Origin: Negaprion brevirostris
Taxonomy: Eukaryota
Assembly (NCBI GenBank): GCA_030324005.1
Contig: JARDVH010000031.1
Location: 77,054,566-77,116,539, forward strand
Length of the DNA: 61,974 bases
Direction: 5' to 3'
Part shown: one piece after another, positions 38,560 through 51,289 of the stretch
Position numbering within the stretch: the stretch's first letter is position 1
How the letters are laid out: each line of letters starts with the position of its first letter
The notes under the pieces: model-generated
The model's input: the letters and a program-made list of their open reading frames with translations, nothing else
Told to the model about the DNA's origin: nothing
The model's database searches: none
Translations under genes and position numbers: made by a program

Positions 38560-38915
38560 AATGATATAAATGCAAGATAAGATGATTCGCAGCCAATGAA
38601 TATTTATCTGAGCTTTATTCACTGCTGCATTAAAAGCAGTCAGAGCAACCAGTTTGCACAGCATAAATCCAAAATCGTGATTGGTAACAGTTTAGTAGTG
38701 AATGTTGGCCTAGACACTGAGAATCCCTTGTCATGAAATTTTTTACATCTGCCTTAACAGGCAATAAAGCCTCAGGATCGCATCCAGCTGAAAAATAGCA
38801 TGCCCAACAATGTAGCACTCCATCACGTATTTTAGTGACTGATCAAATTGTGATCAAGTCCTGGAGTGGGACTGAACCAACAATATACTGACTAGACCAG
38901 AGTGTTACCACAATA
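38560..38915 (-). mobile_element. DeuSINE relic
   Basis: cagccaatgaa...gcaaccagtttgcacagca...caagtcctggagtggga. Confidence 0.6.
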
Positions 38916-40499
38916 AAACTTCAAATGCTGAAAGGATCAGAGAACTATTTTGTACTCCATAAAATGAATTCCGCACGTACCATTCTTCTAAATGAACTCT
39001 AGTTATATTGCATAGTTGGATTTTTCAAAGATTTAAAATATTTAAAGTCTAATAATATCCTATTACATGAAGAACAGAATGATATTTTCACATCGTTAAT
39101 TATTTGATCCCCATCCAAGTGGGATAATAGTGATGTGAAAATTTCACTCTGTATCCTCCAAATGTAAATGTCTCTCTTTATCCTACAACAACTTAGTAAT
39201 GTTCTCCTTCAGATTGTGCAAAATAGGGGCCAAAGATTAAATTGTTTATTCCAACATTGATGACTCTTGCATAAAGAGATGGACAAGTTAATTCTACTGG
39301 TTCTCACATGATTCTGAAGTCTAAAAATTCAAAATTAAGTATGATCAATAATCTGAAAGGACGCATGTCTTACCAAAGCTTTTTGTCTTACACTTATGAG
39401 GACAATTGCACGAATGCCAAATTTCAAATGATCATAACAATCTATATAGGAGAACAGAATGTTAATTGCTCGACAAGTTTATTCAGATTTGTTGCAATAT
39501 TGCCAAGCTAAAAGCAACAAGGAACTATAGTTTCCCCACACTCTTAATTCAAAATAGCGTAAGGCTTGAACCTGTATCTCATGTTTGCAGGTAATGGACC
39601 CCTGTGTGAATGTATGTCGCTTCTAGCAAGTGTAAATGAGCCATGTTATGAGCTTAACATAGTATTTTAAGTTGTCATTTAGACCAGCGATAGCTCACTT
39701 GGGGATTGTTTAGCTGTCCAATCGCAAAATCACATCTAATGGTGAATGTTTTGTTTTGGGTTTTGCCAAGTCGGGTTGGTTGAGTGTGATCCAGATTCTG
39801 CCTATCACAAACGGCCGAAGGAGCATGTTGTTGATTCAATCAGTCAATTGCTGGCACATATGGCTCGAGTACCTGGCATTATGGGACAGCCTACAGGAAG
39901 ATTGACTATTCTGATCAAATCATTGATCAGTGTATCACACATGGGGTCACCTTCAGACTTGACAAGTATCAGTCTACCTTAAGTTAGCCTGGACAGGCAA
40001 TGTATCTCAAAGTTTGATCAACAGGTTAAGCAAGTCAGTTCTTGCTGCTACTATGCAGTAGCTACACAAATGTTATTTTCCACAAACAGGATTCTGCCAT
40101 CAATTCAAAAAGTGTTTTGTCTACTGTATAATTGAGCATCAGCTTGCATGAATTTCAGTGCCTGTGCAATACCAGGTACATGTGCCATATGACCCATTGA
40201 TTAGCTAATCCAATCAAACAGCCATCTGAGCAATGTACTGAAATGCAATTGGGGACTAAACTTCGAATAATTTAATCGTTTCAGGATAGAGCGAGTGCCA
40301 GGTAAAAGCTTCAGCAAATTTCTCTTTTTAGAAACGTTAAAATTCTGCACTACCAAGTTATTGTTTGTGATCGACAATACTTAATTTGCAATAGGTCTGT
40401 TTTCCATTATTTTGCCAAATATAGTGTTAAATAACATTTTCTGACATTTACTTTGCAATGTATTGAGCTGAGAGAACATAGAACATTTTATTTTGCCCC

Positions 40500-41090
40500 T
40501 CGGTTTTAATTCATCCGAAAGTCAAGGGTCCTATTCCAAGTTAGTTTCCAAAGCATTAACCAGTTCCTTGATGGTATATCAAAGTCATAGTTTTGGTAAC
40601 ATTGGACACCAGGTGTAATGACATTATGCCCATAATGGAAAAGCCTGTAAGATGTGGATTAATAGAGATACTTAGGTGTTCAAGTATCAACATCCCTCAA
40701 TGTAATTTAAAGCAAATAAGGCCACACAAAAGGCCATTAGTTTTGTAAGAGGGGCATAGAATACAAAAGTGAGTAATAAATTTTTTCACACAGCTGATTA
40801 AGCCATTGGTAAAATACTACAGACCATTTTGGGCAATATATTATAGATAAGGTTTAAAACCATAGGATATATACAGCACATATTCACCAGTATGAAGTCA
40901 GGGATGGGGAGCTATAATTATGAGACCCTAAAGATACTGGAGCTGTTTCCACAGGATCAGAGAAGACTAAGGGAGTTGCAAGAAGATTTTAAAATTAAGA
41001 GCCCTAATAATGTGTAGGGAAAGACTATTCCATGAACATGAGACCAAGGAATTCACAAGGAGCAGGGTATTGGGACTATGTCTTGATTCA
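40500..41090 (+). mobile_element. Old CR1 LINE fragment
   Basis: Degenerate CR1 RT C-terminal region. Confidence 0.55.
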
Positions 41091-42750
41091 TGTAGAAAAC
41101 TGGCAGAAGCATAATGGGCCAAATTGTCCCACACCTGATTTGGTTCCAGCATCTACTGCAGTTTTCCACCAAAAACATTTAGTTCATGATTGTGCGTGTA
41201 CTCAGACTGCTGCGTCTGTGTCACATAAGATCCTGGAGTATACAAATGTGCTGACCTATATGAAGGTACATCTTGACCAATTATAATGAGGAAAGTTGAC
41301 ATGGACACAAAACAAATGTATTTGAGGTAGTTTGTGGATTTTGTGTCTGAACTAATCAGCAATTCTATTCCCAGAGATGATTCTGGAATTTGAATATTTA
41401 TGATGGGACTCTCAAAGATAGTGAAGTCAGTCAAAAAGTTAAAAGATGCTGTTGGTTATATGTGAGAATTTTTTTTTCAAAAGTAAAAGTATATCCAACA
41501 ACTCTGGATTCAGCATTTCAGACTGAAAGGATGGAATTTATTGATGTTTAAGGACAAATTCTTGTTGCTTTCTTGGAGTATTGAAGAATGCAGTGCTCTA
41601 CAGCAAAACAATGGGATGAATTAGTCGGTGCAATATTGAGTGGGGTGCCCAAGGTGTGGATGGGGCATTTGAAATCTTAAGTAAAAAATGAAGGGCTTCA
41701 TAGGAAGGTAATAAAAATAAATCTGATAAAACAGATGGGCAAAAGGGTTTAGGAGCATAATTGAAAATTGTTTGTTTGATTCAAGAGGGTGATCTGTAAT
41801 CAGTTGCAGACAAGGCAGTGGACCAATCTGACAGTTATGTACCAAAATGTCACTTCTATCCAAGCCCAGGCTGCGATTTGTTCGGTTTCTGGTTCAAGTA
41901 TACAATTGGTTGAACAGATTGGTGGAATGGGTAGTGTTCTCTGAAGTTTGGTTAAAGTTCAGGATGTAGTTAAGCATGGAGTTGAATCCCACCATGGCCA
42001 GGAGTACAGTGATTGTTTGTTCTCCTTCCTGGCTGCTGAACAGATCCCTTTAGGTGGACAATTGGCAGCTGAAATTTAATGTGGGGACCTGGATGTTGTT
42101 TAATTTGCCCACGAAAAGGGAAGATTTACAGGGTAAGGGAGTGCTCCTTCAGGGGGCCAGCACAGAAAACACAGGCTAAATGGCCTCCCTTGCTGCTGTA
42201 ACCATTTTCCACGATTGACAGACTTATGGTCTCTATTTCTGCAACTTGAGTGAAGAAATATCCTGGCTCAAAATGCTCCCTAAAATTTGCTTTAGTGCTA
42301 GTTTGCGCCACTGCAGCGGAGTTTGTGAAATACGTTTTTTAAAAAATAAAATGCCTGGGTTCCTTCTGTAGTACTATTCAGTGTGATTTCTATAATTTGA
42401 GAAAAAAATGAATGCAATAAAGGCTATGAAAATCGTTTGATGCGAAAACCCATGAGATGAAGAAAAAATTTGTAAAACCTCACTTGCACTTGCACACTGA
42501 CAGTCTAAAATGTTATTTATGTTATGCCAGTCTCTGTTGCCCTTGTATGTTTGTATGGTATTGGCTAGAGTGGAGTAAATCTGCTGCTGCTTGCTTGGAT
42601 GAGGTGTTCTCTGTTTGCTATTCTGCTTCTATTAATGTTTTGAAATTTTTCTTCAGTAAAGCATGACCAAAAGCCACTCGGAATATGGTTTTCTTTCTCT
42701 TTTTTGCCTTTCTCGTTCTTTCTCTTTCTCTGACCACACTGTGACTGCAG

Positions 42751-42867
42751 TCGATACTGGGGTTGGAGTGCAGATGGGCTGTCAAAGCATCCCCCCACCC
42801 CTTCTCAACCTCACTCCATCCCCACAGTTCCTACCCACAAGACCTTCCGGCGTTCTTACTCGCCCAG
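42751..42867 (+). CDS. CLASP1: CLASP1 117-nt cassette exon, (S)RYWGWSADGLSKHPPTPSQPHSIPTVPTHKTFRRSYSP(S)
   Basis: Long pyrimidine tract and ctgcag acceptor, GTAACT donor, phase 2-2. Matches human RLWGWSADGLAKHPPPFSQPNSIPTAPSHKALRRSYSP. Confidence 0.95.
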
Positions 42868-43336
42868 GTAACTAACCCCCTATCCACGTCTATTCAAAAT
42901 GCCTTATGTCATCAGGCAACTCTTATTTTGGGCTTCAGCATGGTTTGTTGTATGTTTTGAGTGGCTATAACTTTTGTTTGCTGTACTTCATTGCCATTTT
43001 AAAAAATTAATCTTCATCTTTTTCAACTAATTACAGCTTTGTACTTAATCATGAATGTGAGCCATCACAATTTTGAATGCGTCATCACAGCTGAACGTTT
43101 TTATTAGCGGTGGGGTAACTGATCAGCAGCAAACCATTTTACTGTAATTCAACAATTACTCTTATCTTGAATAATTGAATGCAATGTCACATGCTGGCAC
43201 AAGCACGATGGGCTGAATGGTCCCCTTCTGTGCTGTATCATTCTATGATTCTGTGTTACCATATTTGAAGTATTTCAGTTATAAACTCAGAATATACTAT
43301 GTGCTTTGGATTACTCACTGGCTATTTTGTTTATAG

Positions 43337-43487
43337 CATGTTGGACTATGACACAGAAAACCTTAACTCCGAAGAAATTTATAGCTCTCTTCGTGGGGTC
43401 ACACAAGCCATCCAGAACTTTAGTTTCCGCAGTCAAGAAGATTTAAATGAACCAATTAAAAGGGACGGAAAGAAGGACTGTGATGGT
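43337..43487 (+). CDS. CLASP1: CLASP1 exon, (S)MLDYDTENLNSEEIYSSLRG...RDGKKDCDG
   Basis: tgtttatag acceptor, GTAAGT donor, 151 nt, phase 2-0. Confidence 0.98.
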
Positions 43488-43603
43488 GTAAGTACCCGCT
43501 TCCAAATTCATCATGAGTTACTCCTTGGTTCTGCATGCAGTTGGCTTAATGAGGGTACTGGGGCAGAATAATGACATATTTTTGCCGCGGCACAGGAACA
43601 TTG

Positions 43604-43890
43604 ATGGTGGCACAGTGGTTAGCACTGCCTCATAGGGCCAAGAACCCAGGTTCGATTTCTGGCTTGGGTCACTGTGCAGAGTCTGCATGTTCTCCCTGTG
43701 TCTGCGTGAGTTCTCTCTGGGTGCTCCAGTTTCCCCCCCACAGTCCAAAGGACCTGCTGGTTAGGTGCATTGGCCATGCTAAATTCTCCCTCAATGTACC
43801 TGAACAGGTGGCAGAGTGTGGCATCTAGAAGATTTTGACAGTAACTTCATTGCAGTGTTAAGGCAAGCCTCCTTGTGACAGTAATAAATT
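43604..43890 (+). mobile_element. V-SINE with alternative 3' tail
   Basis: Intact A and B boxes; same tail as 10424-10722. Confidence 0.85.
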
Positions 43891-44874
43891 AATTTTAAAT
43901 TTATTTACTTTCACTTAGTGTCCTGGGGAAGTCAGGAATTCCAGTATACACATCAACACAGTACCCTTGGCCTGTTGTATAGGTTTTTTGATAAAGAATG
44001 GTTGATCCCTTTTAATATCATTTTATCTTTTTCCTGTTTGCTGACCTTACCCTGCCAGTAGCGCTGACTATTAAGCATGATGCTAATGGAGTAATTTGCT
44101 GCAAAGTTTTGTTAGCAAATCTTTGCAGCAATGGATGCAATCATAAATGAAAGATTCCATCCTGATTAACACGGGACATAAGTAGTACACGTTGAGCACC
44201 ATTAAATACTGGGAAATCTGGTTTGTCAGATTTTAAAGCATGTGAAGGATAGTAGAAAATGGTTTGGTGTGTATTGGGATGAATTTTTGGTCTTTTTGTT
44301 TATTATAAGTGATTTTTTTTTAAGCCCTTTTGTCTACTGCTAAGAATTTCTTGTGTTTCCACTGTGATTGTAAGAGACAGTCATTGCTAATTTACTACTT
44401 CTCCCCACAAGATTTGAATTGAAATGTTCGTGCTATTTGTTTTAGGTGATGATGTCAATGGCTTCCCAACTCTGAAAGAAATAACATGCTATCTCTATGT
44501 TGAGTGTTATTTTTCAGTATAATGCCACATAATTATGATGGCCATTTAGCATATTTTGTGTACCTCCTGAAGATAACCATTGATGTAAACTAGCAGCAAA
44601 TTAGTAAAGATCCCATGATTCTGTAATTAAGTAGTGTTGCTTCAAACTGAATGCACTGGAAGCCCTTACATCCAAGTTGTTGAAACCCTAGCTTCAAGCT
44701 CTTTAAAATGCATATGCTTGTTTTGATTTTAAATAAACCTCTCAAACCAAAATGCAAAATTTTGGAAGATGGAGATAATCTGGTTCTTATTCTGCTCTTT
44801 GTGAGCTGTACTTCTATGAAGTGTTAAATTGTCTCTTGGATTTTTAGGAATTCTTTGTATACCATTTGTTAAAG

Positions 44875-45121
44875 GTATCAAGGGATGGAGGAATTGCATC
44901 ACCGTCCTCTGACATTCGTGGAGGAGGTGAACCTGTGGAAGGAGGAAGAACTGCTCTTGACAACAAAACGTCTTTGCTTAACACTCCACCACCACGCTCT
45001 TTCTCTGGACCTCGGACTAGGGAATACAATCCATATAATTAGTCAGATACAATCAATATGTTTGACAAGACAGCCCTCAAAGAAGCTATGTTTGATGATG
45101 ATATGGAACAATTCCGTGATG
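44875..45121 (+). CDS. CLASP1: CLASP1 exon, VSRDGGIASPSS...EYNPYN*SDTINMFDKTALKEAMFDDDMEQFRD, with in-frame TAG at 45040-45042
   Basis: ttgttaaag acceptor, GTGAGA donor, 247 nt, phase 0-1. Homology to CLASP1 continues on both sides of the stop. Confidence 0.95.
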
Positions 45122-45476
45122 GTGAGACTCTTATACAATATATCTTAAATAATTTTGGCTTCACGTAGTATAACTTGATTAGATGGTATGGTGCAGATAA
45201 GCAATTCATTTAATGTCAATTAACAATCATTTTGCACAAAATGATATGACTGTTTCTCTGAAATAACATACAAACAACTTGTTAGTGTAAATAAGTAACA
45301 GTGGAGCAATATCTTACAAAGTGTTCTGTCATTGAGCTAACAGTAATCTGTTCAATTAATGTTGATCAACATCGGCCAAAAAATGGACCTAAAGTTGGTT
45401 TGGGTGTATTTGAAATAGTAAAGCAAAATAACTTGTACAAGATAGTTTACCTGCGCCTGCCTCATGTTCAATCAGT

Positions 45477-45634
45477 AAAAAGTCTGACAACACCAGGTTT
45501 AAGTCCAACCNNNNNNNNNNNNNNNNNNNNNNNNNNNNNNNNNNNNNNNNNNNNNNNNNNNNNNNNNNNNNNNNNNNNNNNNNNNNNNNNNNNNNNNNNN
45601 NNNNNNNNNNCAGTCCAATGCCGGCATATCCACA
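45477..45634 (-). mobile_element. Penelope-like short element, interior in a gap
   Basis: aagtctgacaacaccaggtttaagtccaac matches 60746; flanked by the 15-bp direct repeat tcatgttcaatcagt. Confidence 0.65.
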
Positions 45635-45690
45635 TCATGTTCAATCAGTCAGAGCTCTGCTTTCATTGTTTATGTTTAGGCCAAAGCAGC

Positions 45691-45729
45691 ATTGCTTCTC
45701 AGCCTTTTGGCTGAGATCAAGTGTAGTAT
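45691..45729 (+). pseudogene. U2 snRNA 5' fragment (nt 1-39) heading a ~285-bp element
   Basis: ATTGCTTCTCAGCCTTTTGGCTGAGATCAAGTGTAGTAT is 36/39 identical to the vertebrate U2 5' end. Confidence 0.9.
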
Positions 45730-48700
45730 TGACATGCTGTGCTTGGTTGGAGTCATAAGGTTACGTTATGGCTTCATGTGAAGCAATTTTTAAAAGTGGC
45801 GTCTTCTGGCTAAGATGCAAATGAGATTGAGCCTTGGAGAAGATGCAGTGCCTGTTCCAATCAGTTTGGATCTTGTAGATCAAGCCCAAGACAGGAAGTG
45901 GTGAGCTTGTCTTGTCAGCTTGGATCTGGAATGTCTCGCTTACTGAGACTCTGAATTGGATATAAACAAAAAAAAGCAGCATAATATTAAGAGATTTGCA
46001 GAGTTAAAGTTGCTCCTAGATTTGAATGACTTGCCTTTCTTGGAAAGTGATTTGCATTCCCCTCTAGCTGTTATGTACATCGCACGTGAAAAGTTACTTT
46101 CCCAATCAAGGGGTCTACTTAATGGTGCATCAGTACGCATTCTGGTACCTTGAACTGTATTTGTGGATACTGGCATACTATCAGAGAACTGGTTTAAGCA
46201 CAACATAAACTGATTGGACAGATATTTACCCCGATAAGAGATTTAGCTCACCATGCTTTGCAGCAGATTTTAAATTGGACTTTTAGACCATCTGGAGAAG
46301 ACGCATGTAGTCAGGAAACAAATCTGCCTGGTTTTGACAGGCTCTGAATGAACAATTCTAAAGTGTAAATGACCAAATCAGTGGTATAAATGTGATGTTA
46401 TACACTTCACTTTGAAAATAAGGCAGATTCACGCATAACATTCTGTTCCAAGACCTTTGCTTTAATGTGAGATGAGTTCTGATTACATTAGATAGTATTC
46501 TGTAATTCTAATTAAGCAAAAATATGATTTCATATTAATATTAGTGGACTGGGGTCTAGTACAGAATATTGCAGTAGTCCACAAATTAAACTATTTTTAG
46601 CCCTCCTTTTCAGCTATTTTTCTAACCCTTCTTTCATCGCTCCTTGAAATGTTGATAGCATGTTAGGATACAGTTCCACAAGTGCAGAGTGTCCTGTCAT
46701 ATCTTGCCAAAGTGTCCATTCTTCATGGGTGAAGGTAGACGATTAATGGTGTGTTATTACTGAGTCAATCCTGCTGTCACCCGACATCCACCTGCATTCT
46801 ACCAGCAATGGACAACAATCAGAAGCATGAACCTATCTAAATTTCTGTCTCCCGTTTCCTTGGGCACCTCTGTGGCTGCTCTGGATAAGACTGATGAGCC
46901 CAGAGGTGAGGCCAAAGCTGGTGTTTCATAGTTTGTACAGCTCAGTTACCTCCTGTTTTAATCAGGTGAGGCATTGAGTGGCCCTGTTCATTTTCTAACA
47001 AGTTAGTTCGTTGGTGGGAACTCTGGGTGCATTTAATTCTTCACTGGTAATGTTCAATACATGAATAAATTCTTAAGTATTGAGTGCTACAGTGACTTTT
47101 GAGTGAGTGCACTATGTGCTAATAAATGCACACTAATTGTTTGCAACATTTGCTCGATCAGGTAATGATGCAATTACTTGCTTATTTAAGCCTTTTGAAA
47201 GCTTAATTTCTTTTATGGCCTTCAGATAATATGCCCAGAGCAAGACTAGAAGTTGCAATATTTTTTCCCACAGAACAGTGGATATATGACTCGTAGCTAA
47301 AGCTGTGTTGATCATAATCTTTCAAAAATTTTCAGGATAGGGTTAATGACATTATGTACTGTTAGTTGATTAAATGTTGTGTGGAATATGATGATTCCTG
47401 AGCTGTGACAACAATGAAAATGTGTGTAGGAAAACATCTGATCAAGGAATGAGGTTGGTGGCATCTACAATAGAACGCGTTGTACATGATCTGTGGAACA
47501 AACAGCCTTGATGTGTTGAATGATTTGATTTATGATTCCTTGATGCTCCCATGTGCAAAACTACTTGAGATCTGAAGAGAATGTTACACTGAGTTGGCAA
47601 CTGACCCAATAAGCTATAGTGTGGGGATCATTGGATGTATTGGAAAACCATGAAGTGCACAGCTGAGATGCAATGAATCAGTTCATTGGGACAACTGTGC
47701 ACAATGCATGGTGCTGGGTATAGTTAGTTTTACAATGAATTCATTAAAACTGTGGCAAGTAATTGAGAATAGTGCTAAAGCTGACAACTTGCTTCAGAGC
47801 TCTTTGGAGACTTTGGAATGGAATTTTATTTGAAGTACTCTCTAAGTCTTCCAGAATGCATTTGCGGTTTTTAGCTAAGAAAGGGGATTCTGGAGAACTA
47901 AAACACTTCAAAAGAAATTGTGATCACTATGATTACCTGCCCCTCGATTCAAGGATGACTAAGGTTGCATGTTTCTGCCATGGGTCTTCATGGATTGAAC
48001 CAGTTGCTTCTTGATCTACAGGTCTTGGGCACATGGGAAAAGACATCCCATGAGATAGAAAGAAAATCTTAAATATTGCAACTTGGAACCTTGCACTCCA
48101 AACCCCCCTATGATGGATGATCCCACTGAGTGTGATTCCTTAGCCAGGAGAAAGTAGGATAGCCTAATTTCTTTAGCCGCTATTCCATTTCAATTGCGTA
48201 GAGGATATGCTGAAAAGGACTGCTCAGTCACAGATGCTGCTGCCCAAAGACGCCTCTGTCCTTTCACATGTGTCCAATGATCTCCATGCATCTGTCACCT
48301 GCATGCAGATTCCTGACTAGAGCTCCCAAGTGCTCAGCCCCATCCTTTTCATCAATTCTTCATTGCTGCAGGACTTGGTAAATGGAGTCTGTTAGAAACC
48401 TGCATGCAATTTTGTTTGATATGGAGTTCTTGGGCACTATCATTGCCCACATGGTCTTGATAGGTTGGTGGTCAGATTTTGGTGATGTGTTGAATGAACC
48501 ACAATGATTGGTACCACCTTGTCACTGCACCTGCCTTCATACCCAGTGAGGTGCATCATTGTCTTTTGCATGTTCTGCCTTTGAGGACTTTGGACCTCAC
48601 TTTATCTGGCACCTTCCCCACCATGCTGGGAGCAAGGAGCACCTGATGGTATTGCTCAAGGTGTAGTTGGAGCACACAAGCCCCTCCACCGCTTTGAGGT

Positions 48701-49487
48701 CACAATCCACAGAGGATCTGATTGGTATCAGGTGGTCTTAAGGTCATTCTTTGAAATGGCATTGTTTTTAATATGTATTGAAGGCTCATGTAATAAAATT
48801 TTAAAAATGGTGCTTCACTTTCTCAGGAAGAATACTTGCGGTCATGGATGAAATTAACAAATACTATCAAGCTTTTGGAAAATCTGATAATGTTGCATTT
48901 AATTGGCACCTTGTGGCCTGAATTTAAAAAAACTGAACCCATGAGCTACATGACCACACCTTGGATTTAATCCAGCTCTGCTTTAAATAAAGGTTAATTG
49001 GATTACTTATTGAGTCTATCGTTTGCAGGCTGGAGAGATATCATAGAAAGGACCTTTAAGGACCTTGGAGGTGACAGTTGATCTTGAATGTCCAGTTAAA
49101 GCCATTGGAACGTCAGTATTGGAGCTTTATCTAGCAGGAGCCCACTGTTCCCTTTGTGGCTAAAGTTGCTGTTACGTTGTTAATCGTGTCTCATCAGATT
49201 AAATCTGTCTAGCTCAGGTAACACCTGCTTTAAGCTCAACAAGTTAGCTTCACTAAAGCTTTGCATGTCTGATCCCTTTCCCAGATTTGTAGATTAGAGA
49301 TCAATTTTTTAAAGCAATTTAAGTACTGACCGCGTCAGAGTAGTTGGAGCAATTATTAATTGCAATATTGAGTTTGAGTGAATTGTTAGGGTGCAACACG
49401 TGCTGTTGAGACTTTTTGCAGGCATCCAGAGAATGAACACTACATTCCTTCAATGGAATGTGTAACTTCCACATGGGATCAAAAAGA

Positions 49488-49630
49488 CAAAAGGCAGGGA
49501 ATTATAGGCCAGTTAGCTTAACATCCTTAGTCGGAAAAGTGCTAGAGTTCATTATCAAAGAAGAAATAGCAAGACACCTAGAAAAGAATGGTTTGATCAA
49601 GCAGATGCAGCACGGATTCGTGAAGGGGAA
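49488..49630 (+). mobile_element. Young CR1 ORF2 fragment abutting a gap
   Basis: Open frame GNYRPVSLTSLVGKVLE...QHGFVKG. Confidence 0.85.
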
Positions 49631-50959
49631 NNNNNNNNNNNNNNNNNNNNNNNNNNNNNNNNNNNNNNNNNNNNNNNNNNNNNNNNNNNNNNNNNNNNNN
49701 NNNNNNNNNNNNNNNNNNNNNNNNNNNNNNACGTGCTGTTGAGACTTTTTGCAGGCATCCAGACAACGAACACTACAATCCTTCAATGAAATGTATAACT
49801 TCCACATGGGACCAAAAAGAAAGATCAGTGGCGAGCGCAGACCTCCGCCCAGAGTCAATAAATGCTTTCAGTGTCATGATAGGACCAGAACTACCTAGGA
49901 ATGATGGCATCTTGTTGCAGTGCTGCGTGGAGAATGTTTCCTCTTTTTGGAATTGTACTTCGTGGTAGTGCGTAGCACACTCCTTTGCAAAACTAAAGCA
50001 GTACATGATTACTGCCTGGGCTGCTCTTGCTTTAGTCAGAAATTATAAATTTTGCATGAACAAATTCCAGTGGAATTGGTATTCTGTCCCGTGTCAATCA
50101 CAAGCTTGAATTCCAGCTCGTCAGACGAACCTGTAGGACTGTCTGATATGCAAGTGCATTGATTGATTAATGCTGCTTTATATAGATTGCAATAGTACTT
50201 GTGGGATGCTTGGTAGGTTAATGTGTGTAATAACCTGTAATTATACTTAATAAATATCCTGTGCTCATTTGGAGGCATTTCTGTTCATATTTCTTGATTT
50301 GGGTGGGGGGGTGGAGCAGAGCAGAGCAGAGCAGGAAACTTGTCCCAGATTTTTATTTTCCAGGTATGCTCTTCTAAAGGTGTCTACAGAATCGGCAAGT
50401 AAAACACAGCACAACTTTCCTTACTTTAAAAACTATACTGTAAGCACAGAAGGGTTTATTCTTGGTTGTGTGCTCCAGGATGCTGTGGAGTTGGATTTCT
50501 GATACTCAGTTGAGAAGTGGCCTGTGCTTTTGAAGGTGGTATCTTGTCTGGAAGGCTATTTGAGTAGTCATTAACTGTCAAATTTACTTAGCTGGAGAGA
50601 TATGTGGGATAAAAACCCAGATCCATTCCAAAAGATAACCCAGCTAGTTTGGATACACAAGTAGCAGAATAAATATCCTGACCTAGAATTCAGATCATTC
50701 AGAATTGTCAAAAATGCTTTTAGTCATATTGCACCTGTAAAACTTCCAAAGATTAAAAGCAAATTACTGTGGGTGAATTTCCAAAGAAGTTTAACTACAT
50801 TAAATGGGTCACGTAAAATAAGGTGTTCAGGGTAACCAATTTGACTGAATCGTTTTCAAGCTCGAGTAACGTATGACCTTCCTGTTCAATTCTGATGTCA
50901 GTGCAAACTGTGCAGCTTTGGGTAGGTGAAGACATGACTGCTAACCCGCAATAGTGACA

Positions 50960-51245
50960 GGGTGGATGCTGAATGGATTGGGAAGACTAGGATTAGAGAA
51001 CACAGTTTGAAAACAAGGTGTCTCCAATTAAGAAGTCTGTGGACTTCTCCCAGAGAGCAGTGGAGGCAGGGTCATTGAATACTTAAAATGTTGTATAGAA
51101 TAGATTCTTGATTGACAAGGGAGCCAAAGGTTATAGTGGATAGATGGGAAAGTAGAATTGAGGCCACAGTCAGAGCAGCTATGACCTTATCAAGTAGGAG
51201 AACAAGATTGAGGAGCCAAATGACATATTCCCACTCCCTAATTCG
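50960..51245 (+). mobile_element. CR1 LINE 3' end
   Basis: Similarity to the CR1 3' UTR. Confidence 0.65.
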
Positions 51246-51289
51246 TATACATACATACATATGTATGTTTATTGACTGAGGTGAGGTGC

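Noticed and set aside
46891-46915. CTGATGAGCC-CAGA-GGTGAG hammerhead-like string
   Set aside because: It lacks the GAAA core and has no stem I or III.
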